A stretch of DNA of 64,000 nt from Anthoceros angustus (taxonomy: Eukaryota > Plantae > Anthocerotophyta). Where the stretch lies: NCBI GenBank assembly GCA_010909165.1, contig MU008151.1, forward strand, positions 248,001 through 312,000, read 5' to 3'. Positions 24,720 to 36,100 of this stretch are shown here, in pieces (position 1 is the stretch's first letter; each line of letters begins with the position of its first letter). Both the position numbers and the translations under genes were made by a program. The notes below the pieces were generated by a model, which was not told the DNA's origin, made no database searches, and saw nothing but the letters and a program-made list of their open reading frames with translations.

Positions 24720-26669
24720 TGATAGATCTGGTAGACGAGGAGATGGAACGCCGGTGTGTAGCAAAGAGGAGAAGTGATTGTAAGCCGAAGAGAGTAGTAC
24801 TTCGGGAATGTGGACATCGTTTTGAACAACTGACTTCATGAGGGTTTTGAGAAGAATCAAGATTGATTGCAGGCTTAAGTCCAAAATTGTGAGGAGTTAT
24901 TATTGTACCTAGTAGGGGACGCTCTCTTCTCATCAGTCAAGAGGACTTGTGAGTTTAGCTATCTCGTATGCAGTACCTGAGCCCAGACTTGCCAGACTTC
25001 GATGCCAGAAATAGAGATTTGCACTACTAGTGAATGATTGACACTCGAACAACCATACCTATGTGCGTATGTACATGACACTGGTACCAGCCTGCCATGC
25101 TGAGCAGCTAATTCAATTCAATCTGATTTGATTGTGGTGATGCAGAAGATTTCCATTCCCAGCCATCATTCGACGAAATGGTGCCTGCACAGACCCAGCC
25201 TCAGGAACTGCTACAGGATAATTAACCATAGAATTCATGCCATGGCTTCTAATGTTCATGAACAGTCATTTGCAAAAATGGAAGGGGAAGACCTGACGTG
25301 AGAGTTCCTATGGTACCACGATGAATTTCACAACGAATCGGCCACAGACAAATCCTTTAAATCCATGGCATCCTCAAAACCCAATCTACCAGCAGGAAAC
25401 AAACAGCCGAGTCTGTAAGGGATTTCCAGCTACCACGGTGCAGGGGGACCAACCTAACCTAAAATAGATGGGATTGACCATGTACACACCCTCAAGGCTG
25501 CAGATCAAGGCTTGGAATGGATTTCGTTCCACAGCCCAGTGGCACAGGCCATCAAGCTGTGCATGGCCAGCCCAAGCCCATTCATGATTCGGAAACGTGT
25601 TCGGTGCCAACATCAGCAATGCTAACCAACTAGTGCTCCGAGTAGAACCCACTTCCCAAAACAATGTCGGAACCACAAAACGTAAGATTGCAATTAACAT
25701 GAAACTCCCACAAGAGAAGTTGTGCCCCTTAGCTCTCAAGTGGTCACTCTTCTTACCCAGGCCATACTTAGAAGGCAATTGCACCTACTAGCAGAATTTC
25801 AAGCTCTACATAAACACGTGAAGTTCTGAAAAATCTCATGTCTCGTGATCCCCACCGGTAAGGCACATTGCCATAGATCACATCTATCTCACTTTGCACC
25901 CACCCCGCGCCCGTCGAATACAGCTAACCATTTGCTGCTTTTATCAGCCTTGCACAATTAACCCCATTGCCGGCCATGGGCAGAACCATTTCCGAAATGA
26001 TCAACAATCAACCTTGCAACACAAGTATCTGAGCCCCCCTGCTGGAAATGTGCACAACCAGGTGAACAATCAACCTTGCACAGTTATCTGAGCCAAGGGC
26101 GTCTGGAACAATCAACCCTGCACAACTACCTGAGCCCCCCTGCTGGCCAGGGGCAGAACCAGGTTGAAAAACAACCATCCCAGTCTGCAACAACCAGAAG
26201 GAGACCTCTCTGCCTGGGATGTTAAAGAAAATATTATATAGGAGTTTCGAAACAGGAAAATAATGATCACAGCCTGCCGGCCGGTGCAGAAAATGCCTCA
26301 TCTGTAATGATCGGGCCTGACAGTTGCTGCAGAGTTACATTATGGGAGCTCCAGATGCACTTTCTGTGGATGCCTGAACCAGCAGCAAGTCGTGCAGTGG
26401 ACACGGAGATGGTCCAGAATGGAAGCATCGCTTGCCCAAGCCCATTCATGATTCGGAAACGTGTTCGGTGCCCACATCAGCAATGCTAACCAACTAGTAC
26501 CTACTCCGGGTGGAACCTACTTCGCAAAGTAATCTCGGGACCATAAAATCTAAGATTGCAATAACATAAAACTCCCACGAGAGAAGTTGTACTACTTAGC
26601 CTTCAAGTAGTCACTCTTCTTACCCAGGCCTTACCCACAAGGCACATTCATTTGCTGGTTATATCAGCC

Positions 26670-26930
26670 TTGCACAATTAAGCCCATTGCAGTCCATGGG
26701 CAGAACCATTTCCAAAACGAACAATCAACCTCGCACAAGCATCTGACCCCCCCTGGTGGCCATGGGCAGAACCATTTCCGAAACGATCAACAATCAACCT
26801 TGCACACGCATCTGAGCCCCCCTGGAGGCCATGGGCAGAACTATTTCCAAATTGATCCACAATCAACCTTGCACAAGCATCTGAGGCCCCCTGCTGGCCA
26901 TGGGCCGAACCCGGTTGAACAATCAACCAT
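26670..26930. repeat. Tandem repeat with a 69-bp (23-codon) unit
   Basis: acaatcaacc recurs at 26721 and 26790. The - strand translates as SAHGxQGGSDACARLIVDRFGNG repeated. Confidence 0.9.
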
Positions 26931-27502
26931 CCCAGTCTGCAACAACAGAAGAAGCCCTCCCTGCCTGGCATTTTTTTAAATATACTATACAGGAGTTTCG
27001 AAAAACATGAATAATGATTACAGCCCCTGCCAGCCGGTGCAGAAGATCCTTCGTCTGTCATGGTTGGGCCTGACAGCTGCTGCATACATTATGGTTGCTC
27101 CAGATGCACAGTGCGTGGGTTCCTGAACCACCAGCAAGTCGTGGAAAAGAGACGGAGATATTACTCTAGAATTGAAGCACGTACATGCTCAAATTTTGTG
27201 TGCCTGCGGCCTGCCTTCCCTGCTGCAGCCAAGGTGACGATGTCCAAATAATGTCAGTGATGTCGTGCCATCGTCACCAACTGTTGTGACAAAGAGTGTA
27301 GGACCTGGTTACGAAATCTTAATGTCTGGAGTCCTGGTGAGGTGTCTCCAGTTCTGGAACTTCAAACCAACGTGGCACGGCAGGGAATCAAATCCGATGC
27401 AAAAAGAAAACAGCGTCTCCAGTTCTGGACCTTCAGACCAACGCGGAACGGCAGGGAATCAACTCCGATGCAAAAAAGGACAGGTCGACTCGGGATTATT
27501 AG

Positions 27503-27628
27503 TGGAGATGCGGGGTCCCGATCCCCGTACCTTTCGCAGGCTAAGCGAGCGCTCTACAACAACAACAACAACTTTATTTATGTCCCGCTAAGGATGGAAG
27601 AACCATCGACCATCTGAGCTACATCCCA
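27503..27628 (-). pseudogene. tRNA-Ala(AGC) gene interrupted in the D-loop by a LINE tail
   Basis: - strand reads GGGATGTAGCTCAGATGGT [insert] GTAGAGCGCTCGCTTAGCCTGCGAAAGGTACGGGGATCGGGACCCCGCATCTCCA, close to canonical plant tRNA-Ala(AGC). Confidence 0.92.
27558..27607 (-). mobile_element. 50-bp 5'-truncated LINE copy
   Basis: gatggttcttccatccttagcgggacataaataaa(gtt)n matches the LINE 3' end at 50031-50082. Confidence 0.92.
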
Positions 27629-28524
27629 CTGGCTGGCGACCGTCATATTTTACTAATTTTCTTCTTGGCTAGACCGTGGACTCGCACGATTTTTTCCGGA
27701 TAATTCTGTACATACTTCATAGATAGAGGATCTTACAACTCCAGACCAACACAGCTCAAAGTAAACAGCAGCAAGCAAAAAAGGAAGCCCGTCACGCACC
27801 CAAAGGAATCGAGAGCAGGGGTGGCCGAGCAAACCAGGAATTGGAGCAGCCTCAACCCCACGACGCCGGGTTCGATTTGTTTCAAGATCAATGCGGAAAA
27901 TAGGTTTGGACGATCTGATGATCACATCTGTGAACAGAAAATTTTGCTGAAATATATGCTTCTTTTCATGGCCTGAACCTGTGCTTTCCAACGAGCTCTC
28001 ACGTGTCCAGAACCATGAAGAGGCAGGGACGGGCAAGGGCTCTGCGACTCACTGCCTAGCTACTGCGACTACTGCGAGACAAGGAACCGTGTAAAATCAC
28101 AAGTACGCAGTCCACCGTACAAGGGAGACGACCTCGACAGCTCCTTCATGTGCCACTTGAGGCACCAAGTGCAATGAGAGATGGGTTCCATTTCATGAAA
28201 TGCGCATCCTCGACTTGTAAGCCTAAGGCCAAGTGGTCAAGGGGTGTGTCTGCAAGTACGTGGTTTCGACCGCGAGAGTTCGAAACCACGTACATAAATG
28301 CTTGGAATCTCTGTATGCATCCCTGGAGATTCCAGAGATGTTCAGAGATTCCAGGCTGAAATCGAGGATGCTTTTCTTGCAGCTGTGACAGTTTTTAGCT
28401 CAGCTTGACTAGGTGCAGACATCCATCGGCCTCCGAAGAAGGCCTTGCAAGAGCTCATTGGAGACAAACTGCACCGCCAATTCTTGTGAGGCACTTGAAC
28501 AACCTACCTGTACTCCTGAAATGA

Positions 28525-28970
28525 CTTGAGTCTCGGCTTGCCTCTTTGCATATAGGTTTTAGATGTAACGAACCTGTCTGACGGACATCACGATCTCTGC
28601 TTGCCTCTCTGCGCATGCATAGGGTTTCGAAGTAATGAACGTGAAAGTCTCAGGCATCAGTCTCTGTTTGCCTGCAACTCCGGATAGGGTGAAGAAGTGA
28701 TGAAAGTGAAAGTCTCTAACATACGTCAGTTTTTGCTTGCCCCCGTGTCTGAAAGGCTATGAGCCCTTGCGTGCCTCTCTGCATATGCTCGTAATACTGA
28801 CGTCATGTTTGAAAGACTGATCAATATCGTTCTTTGCCTGCCACTATGCCCGGGGTTGTAGTACTGATGGTTTTGAAAGACTTGATCAACATCGCTCACA
28901 GGCCTGCCTCTGTGCCTAGGGCTTTTGTTCTAACGTAATGTGTTTGAAAGACGCTCAGCTCACTCTTTGC
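28525..28970. repeat. Degenerate tandem repeats of about 60 bp upstream of the chitosanase
   Basis: Recurring tctctgcttgcctctctgc..atagggttt..gtaatgaa and tttgaaagac motifs. Confidence 0.55.
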
Positions 28971-29019
28971 TTTCAGGGTGTATCAAAGAGGAATTAGACA
29001 TCAACACGCATACAACTCC

Positions 29020-29540
29020 ATGGAGTTGAGGGGCGCATTGCTGTTGCTGCTGCTCTTCGTCGTCCTGCGCACAATGGCTACCACGAGCGTGGCCGACGAC
29101 CTGCCGCTGAACGACCCGAAATTGAAAGAGATCGCACAGGGACTGGTGTCGAGCGCGGAGAATTCGACGCTGGACTGGAGGGCTTTGTTTTCGTACATTG
29201 AGGGCATCGGGGACGGGCGATGGTACACGGCAGGCCCCGAGGGATTCTGCTCTATTTCAACCCGTCGGTCGCGCAAGGCCAGTTCGCGTACTACGACGCG
29301 GTTGTAATGCACGGCACGGAGGGGATGCTGGACATCCGGGCTCGCGCGCTCATCAGAGCACAGCCACCGGCCGCTGGCGGCAACGAGACCGTCTGGTTGA
29401 GCGTGTTTCTGGACGGGCGGAAGAAGGAGATGCGCAAGGAATCGGCGCACCAAGATACCAGCCCAGTCAACACCGAGCAGCTCGTCTTCCTCCAGATTGA
29501 TTCAATTAGGTTCCGTTTCAGCTGCACCAGTAAACGCTAG
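29020..29540 (+). pseudogene. GH46 chitosanase (actinobacterial type) with a signal peptide, internally deleted and frameshifted
   Basis: LNDPKLKEIAQGLVSSAENSTLDWRALFSYIEGIGDGRWYTAGPEGFCS, then YFNPSVAQGQFAYYDAVVMHG..PPAAGGNETVWLSVFLDGRKKEM..AHQDTSPVNTEQLVFL. These match the Streptomyces GH46 signature (LVSSAENSSLDW..YIEDIGDGRGYT..GFCS; GQFAYYDAIVMHG; AHDDTSRVDTEQRVFL). Confidence 0.93.
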
Positions 29541-30011
29541 GGTGACAGCTGGTGGCGTTGCATTATGGTTCGACGCTTTGAGAGTGAGTGTATTCGACAT
29601 CAAAGCATTACCCGGTAACGTGTTGCTGGCATCTTCTGGTAGGCTTATAATTTGGTGTGTTGTTTGCCAAGGCATTATCTTTGTCAATAGTTTGTTTATG
29701 TTTCCCAAGTTGCTTACCCTAGCCTTTCTATCGAGGTTCTAAGGGCTCTATTGTGCAGGTGCAAATGCAGATGTGTATTAGGGAATCAAACTGCCTGAGG
29801 ATACCAGGGCTTATCCACCAATTGGTAAACCTCTTGTCTCGCAGCAGAACTCTGCTTTCTCTTCCCCTGCGTCCCGGTTACGTTTTGCAGGGTATCGGTA
29901 TCATCCGTTAATCAAGTCTGGGTGCACTTGCAGGCAAAGGCAAGACTTGATTGCGTTTATGTGCTTGCCAGTGATTACTCACTCTACAGGTCAAGAGAGT
30001 GAGTGGTGTAC

Positions 30012-30082
30012 GTGAGCAAGCAGGGAGCGCTTTTGAGCAAGCAGGGAGCGCTTTCGAGCAAGCAGGGCTTTTGAGCAAGCAC
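30012..30082. repeat. 21-bp tandem repeat
   Basis: gagcaagcagggagcgctttt, about 3.5 copies. Confidence 0.8.
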
Positions 30083-30585
30083 GACTTTGTCAGCCAGCAG
30101 GGCTTGCTCTGATTATGTTCTAAGTGGAGCCTGTTTTGAGCAAGCAGGACTTGTTGTAATCTTGTGTTAATTGGAGCCTCGTTTAATCTAGGACTATAGA
30201 AATTATCTTGATGCATATTAGTGTTAATAAAACCTGGTGATGGCGAATACCCTCCGGCGGGACACCATGCAATTTGAGCTTCAAATTTTCAAAATTGAAT
30301 CTGACCGATCAGATAGCATGTCAAAAGCGGGGCCCGCACCTGTGCGATTGTCAGGTCAGGAGCGGGCCGTACCCGTCCGGGCAATCGGGGTGAAGGGCGC
30401 CCGTCCAACCAGGGTGTCATTTTGACCGAGTACTATGTCAGTCCCCGGGACCGCCTAGCCTGGCTACGCTCGGTCCCGGACCGAGCAGGGACCGTGTCTT
30501 TCTGCGACCCTTGGTCACTAAATATAATAAATATTAAATAAATAATTTATAAATAATAATATAAAATATAAATGTCTAGTATATT

Positions 30586-31822
30586 CTATCGCCGGGGCTG
30601 GTCTTTCCAAGCTTTAAAAATATCATTCCAATCTATCTCCTTAATAGGCGGACCATTGATGGATATACTCATCAATGTATCAAGGGTCAAAATATTAAGA
30701 TTAGTTCTCATGTTATTCATCACAAAGTTTTGTTTAGAAAATCCCCGCTCATATGTAGCAGTACTACAAGGTATGACCAAACATAATTCCCAAAGACGTA
30801 ACATAAAGGGTGTCATTACGACCCACTCTCGTCACCCAAGATTCAAGTCAGCACTCTTTCGTCGAGTTGTTGAGTATATTTTGTAAGCTGCTAACATACT
30901 CAATCCAGCACAAGAAGACATCAAGATGGACACAAATGTTAGCAACTCAGCTTGACACACCTCATCAACTACAAAAGGGTAGACAACATTAGTATTTGCA
31001 TCCAAAGAGTTAGTTCTAAACTTTTTCAACAATATATGTAACAAACTATTAACTAACTGTATACGCTCATCTGCATCTTCAGGATAAAATTTAGGACTGA
31101 ATAGACGACAAGCATGCAACACACAAAGATTAGGATACTTATTATTCTTTGCATCAACTACAGCTAAAGCATATTTGTTAGCACTAGCAATGCAAGAACT
31201 TAGTTCACTTTCAGAGTAGTCAAATATTACAAAACCCTCATACACTCTATGACTTTTTTCAAGTTTTCAATGAAAGAGCAAAGCTTTCTACTTCTCATAC
31301 TCACCCTATCAACTTTATACATACTTTTGCAATTGCTCAACCAAGGCGTTGAACATCCCTTCCGCACGTGCACTTGTTTTGTTGGCTAGCTTCAAAAACT
31401 CAGTTCATACCGTCTCATTATGCAAATAATACACATAAATAATTATGTGTTATACCATCGTCTTGTCTATCCCCTCATCTATGAGTATCCCATACCATGG
31501 ACTTGCACGCAACCTCTCCTTCTGTTGTTCGCGTAAAAAATTGGCTATGAGAACCATATGCTCCTTGCAAGCACTATCTGTAAGATATGAACCATATGTC
31601 TTCACCTCTAGAATGCCTTCCACTCCAATATCCTCCATGAACTCACAAAGGTCCTCGTATATATGGAAACTCAAATCCTTCTTAGCAATGAAATAAGCGA
31701 ACTTCAACAAGTTGAGAATCTCCTTATCCTTTTTGGAAAAATGCATTTCCAAAGTTCGTTGCATGGTTGGTTGTTGAGCCTTAGCTTGGGCTTGCTCCAT
31801 CTTCAGTGACGCTAAATGATAT
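30586..31822 (-). pseudogene. hAT transposase, C-terminal part
   Basis: AYFIAKKDLSF, SPWYGILIDEGID (first catalytic Asp), and the dimerisation domain LVIPCSTATYERGFSKQNFVMNNMRTNL..LDTLMSI. Confidence 0.9.
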
Positions 31823-32923
31823 AACATGATAATTTTTGAAGGGGTGAATAATCTCGAAGGGGGTTTTCCGCCAATAATCTCTGAAGGGGGTTTTTGATGG
31901 GCCCTAAAAGCAATTTTTGAAGGCATTAACAGCTCGAAAAAGGTGTCACCCAAGAAAGTTACTACTTTCCATCCAAAGAATGTTTGTGTCGAATGGTGGT
32001 CGTAAACTCGAACCTACGGAATAATGCAAAGTAGGAACGGTGAGGAAGGCCGTTCCTGCCGGGAAGGGACGGCTGTAAACTCAGTTTTGGGAGGAAAATA
32101 TGGTTTTGTTATAACACCACAAAAGCCACGGACATGGTATTTCCCTAACACAGTAACATCAGCAACCAAACTTACAACATTAACTCTGGGACCCCGGGAA
32201 AAAACGAGGTTTCAGTTTCACTCATCCCCAGAGTTCAATCCTTCGTCATCACTTGGTCCAGCTTCTCCTCCATTGTCATCATTATCTTCAGCGGCACTTT
32301 GACTCGCAGGTTGTATTAAGCCACGCAACTCGCAGAGCTTATCCCTTATCGCTTTTTGTCCATCGACATGATGTTTAGAGGAGTACCCTCTCGACCGACC
32401 AAATCTTGGCTCGATTTGAGATTTGCTTCTAAGGTTAGCCTTCATTCCAAGGTTGCTTCTAAGGTTAGCCTCAATTTTCGATGGAAGTGCCACGCATGTG
32501 GGTGCGTGGAAGGAGGGCCACAATGGGCACGCGAGGGCGGCGGCCGGCGCCTCGTTCGCTCCACCCGTCGGGCATAAGGCTGGTGGTGCGGGGAGGGAGG
32601 GTGCCGGCCGCCGCCGCCTCCCTACGCGCACCACTAGCCGTGATGCCCCACGGGTGGCGAGGAGGGAGGGAGGGTGCCGGCCGCCGCCGCCGCCTCCTTA
32701 TAGGCCGCCTTTAAGAAATGAATATGTAGTGGCTCAATTGGTTTGTAACTTGGGATTGTTGGTCTAGTGAACGAGCATCGGGCGGTGCGGGCGGGCGGTG
32801 CGGAGCGGGCGGTGCGGGCGGTGCGGAGCGGAGCGTGGAGGGAGGCGGCGGCGCCCGGCCGCCGCCGCCTCCTTATAGGTCTTTAAGAAATGAATATGTA
32901 GTGGCTCAATTGGTTTGTAACTT

Positions 32924-32941
32924 GGGATTGTTGGTCTAGTG
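32924..32941 (+). promoter_or_regulatory. 5' half (A box) of a tRNA-like Pol III unit split by the LINE; duplicated at 32752-32769
   Basis: GGGATTGTTGGTCTAGTG joined to the 3' flank gives TGGTCTAGTGG, the A box seen in tRNA-Pro/Gly/Glu. Confidence 0.6.
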
Positions 32942-33111
32942 AACGAGCAGGCGGGCGGTGCGGGCGGGCGGTGCGGGCGGTGCGTCCGCTACGCGGGAGC
33001 GGAGCGTGTGGAGGTTCGGTCGGGGCCTTCTGGTTTTCAGGCGGCGCCCGTGCTGCACGGGATTCGACGTACGGTGCGGTGGTGTGGCCGGGGCTTCTTT
33101 TAGGTCCTACG

Positions 33112-36100
33112 TGATAAAATAGCTTACTATTAGGGCACTCTTCACTAGGGCACCTAGGACTTAATAATTAATTTAGTCCTTAGGGCTCTAGGTAGTTTCT
33201 TTTAGTAGTTATTTAATTGGTTAGTTGTTACAACCACTTATTGGTTACAACTACCTTGCCTACATAAAGGCATGTACTTTCTATTATGAATGTAATGCAA
33301 CACATATTGCTAGAGCTTGTGTATGATTCTCATCATGGTATCGAGCACACTTGCTCTTTGTTTGCTTGTGCATCCTCATGCATCTAAGTAGCTTATCTAG
33401 GAGACACTTTCTAATCTAGCATTTGCCTAGATGGATTGTGTTTATCCTAGAATTGCTATCTTTGCATGCATTTTCTTTTATGCTAACATTTCTCTTCTAA
33501 CAATGCTTTTATGCACTAATTCTTTGTTCTTCCTCCATGGATTTGTGTTCCCTTAGAAGGAGAAGGCATAGAGTTAAGAAGAGAAGTAGTCCCGCAAGAC
33601 AACAAGAACAAATTAGGAGCCCAACACATAGAAGCAATAGAAGACAACAAGCTATAGAGGAGAGATAGTAGAAACCTCCTCTTGTATAGCAAACTTCATT
33701 GCATCTATTTTAATTTCTAAACCGGATCAAGGGAAGTTTATCAAGCTAGCTAGGCGTGATTTGCTAGAAGTTTTAGTCCAATTCACGTCAAGGCATTAGA
33801 ATTAGCTCTCCAACATATCCCAAATTTGAATCTGGTATTAGTACTCCTTTATCTTCTAGTCTGCAAGACAAAATAGCATAGAAACTCTTAGATTCAAGAA
33901 ATTGATAGTCAATTAGCAACTCTTAGAATCCAATCCTTTGATCTTAAGGAGAATTATCTGAATTAAGGACAAAATTGTCTATTCTCTCTAAGGTTGATAA
34001 TGCGCAGAGATTTGAGAGCATGCTATCATCATCCGAATCGACTATGATGCAAGAGAAGAGTTTCGCGTGCAATAAAGAAGATGAGATCAGTGAGGCCTAG
34101 TCCTCTAAATCACCTACAATGGCTGGAGTGATCAATAATGAAGAACAAACTGTTCCTAATTCCCATTGGGTAATGATAATGCTAACACTTCATTGCATTA
34201 TCATTATGGTGACGATTTCAAAGAGAAAGATAGATTCAATGGAAGGGATTATGACATCGGTCATTGAGAATGCGAGGAGCTTTGCGGCAAAGAGACCTTT
34301 GGGGCATCGTCGATGGATCAATTCCAAGACCACACGCCCGATTTGAACGTGAACTTCAACCTTCCTGGGACGCCAGGGACGAGAAGGCACAAGATTTATT
34401 GGTCAGTGGACTTTCTCAACATATGGTGAGACATGTCGCACACGCAAAGACCTCCAAGGATATGTGGACTCACCTTGCTCAATTATATTCATCTCAAGAT
34501 ATAATGAGTATTGTTGCAACCTCACGTAATTTCCGCAATCTCTCAATGAAGGAGTCCGACACCATCGAACATCATGTTAATGCATTTCGATTGGCACGAT
34601 CCCATTTGGAATCTTCAATGGCGTACCTATCTCGGAGATGGAGGCTTACGTCATTCTCTTATCTTCATTGCCACCTTCTTATAGGGCTTTCATTACAACT
34701 CAAAATGCGAATTCGCAATGTCGGAAAAGCTGCAGATGAAGATCCAAATGAAGAGCCGGACATCGTGTTTCCGAACTTATTGGAGCATTGCTACGGAGGA
34801 GGCAAGCGACGTCATCATCACTCCAGCCAACAAGCGGTGATGTATTCACAAAGGGTAGAGGAAGAGGACGAGGCGAGGCCGAGGTTCTACTTTCCGACCC
34901 CATATCCCGCACATACTTTCCATGATGGAGAGGCATCTTCTTCAACACCGCAAGAGGTAACAAGAAGGCGGGATTATATGTAATTGGTGCGAATCCCAAA
35001 TCACATGGAAAAGGATTGTCGTAAGAAGAAGAATGGGGAACCTCGCAAGGAGGCCCCACCTGGAGCTAACATTGCAGCGAAGAAACAATCTTCCTCAACT
35101 CCAGGTGCTCACTGTGCTTGGCTTCTTCCAAGCCCTCCAATACCTCATGGTACTTAGACGGAGCTACTTCACATATTTGTTACAACAGAAACTCTTTTGA
35201 GTCTTACTCACCCCAGGACATCGTCCTCCGGAGATGATCACAACCTACCCATTGCGGGTGTTGGTTCGATTGTATTCAAGTGTGATTCGTGGTTCTTCAT
35301 CTTCATCACGTCCTCCATGTTCCTTCAATGTGCAAGAATCTAGTATCACCGCAAGTCTTTGTCAAGAACACACTGCGGTGATCCTTTATGCGATAGTTGT
35401 CTTCTCTCTTTCATAAGTGATAGAAACTATACAATCTGCAGGCACTTTAGATGATGGTCTCTATAGATTGTCGACAAGTGGGAGCCACCCATTACGCTAA
35501 TGTTGCCATTCCAAACCATGACACCTACCCAAACCATGCTTTGGCATTGTCGCCTTGGTCATCCTAATAGTCAAAAATTAATCCAAATGTCTAAGGGAGC
35601 TTTATATAGAACCCTTGCCTTGCAAAGGTTGAACACCTACCTTGGTGCGAATCTTGTGTCCTCACTAAACGACATCAAGAGCCTTTCAAAATAAATCTCC
35701 ACAAAGGGCCAAGTCACCTTTAGAGATAGTGCACAGACATTTGTGGACCCTTGTCTACACCCTCCTTTAGTGGTAGTAGATATTTTTGACCTTCACGGAT
35801 GATTTCTCTCGTTTTGTCTTTTCCTACATCTTGAAAAACAAGAGTGATGCCTTTCACTTCTTCAAGGACTACATGAAATGGGTGAGAGACTTACGGATCA
35901 CAAACTCAAGACCTTACGTTCCGACAATGGTGGAGAGTTTACATCTGAATTTGAGGATTTTGTCGAGTGAAGGTATAGCTCAACAACTTACGATTGTCTA
36001 CACTCCTCAACAAAATGGCGTGGAGAACAAGAATCTACGCCTCCAAGAGATCACGGGTTGCTTATTGGTACAAGCTAAGTTATCTAAGGCTTATTGGGCG

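Noticed and set aside
27343-27480. Additional tRNA genes in a duplicated unit of about 72 bp
   Set aside because: Only a T-arm/acceptor-like scrap (GATTCCCTGCCGT on the - strand) is present, with no cloverleaf.
28978-29540. Bacterial contamination as the source of the chitosanase
   Set aside because: No neighbouring bacterial genes or operon structure are seen, and it sits between host repeats with a eukaryote-like signal peptide. This is disfavoured but needs read-level confirmation.
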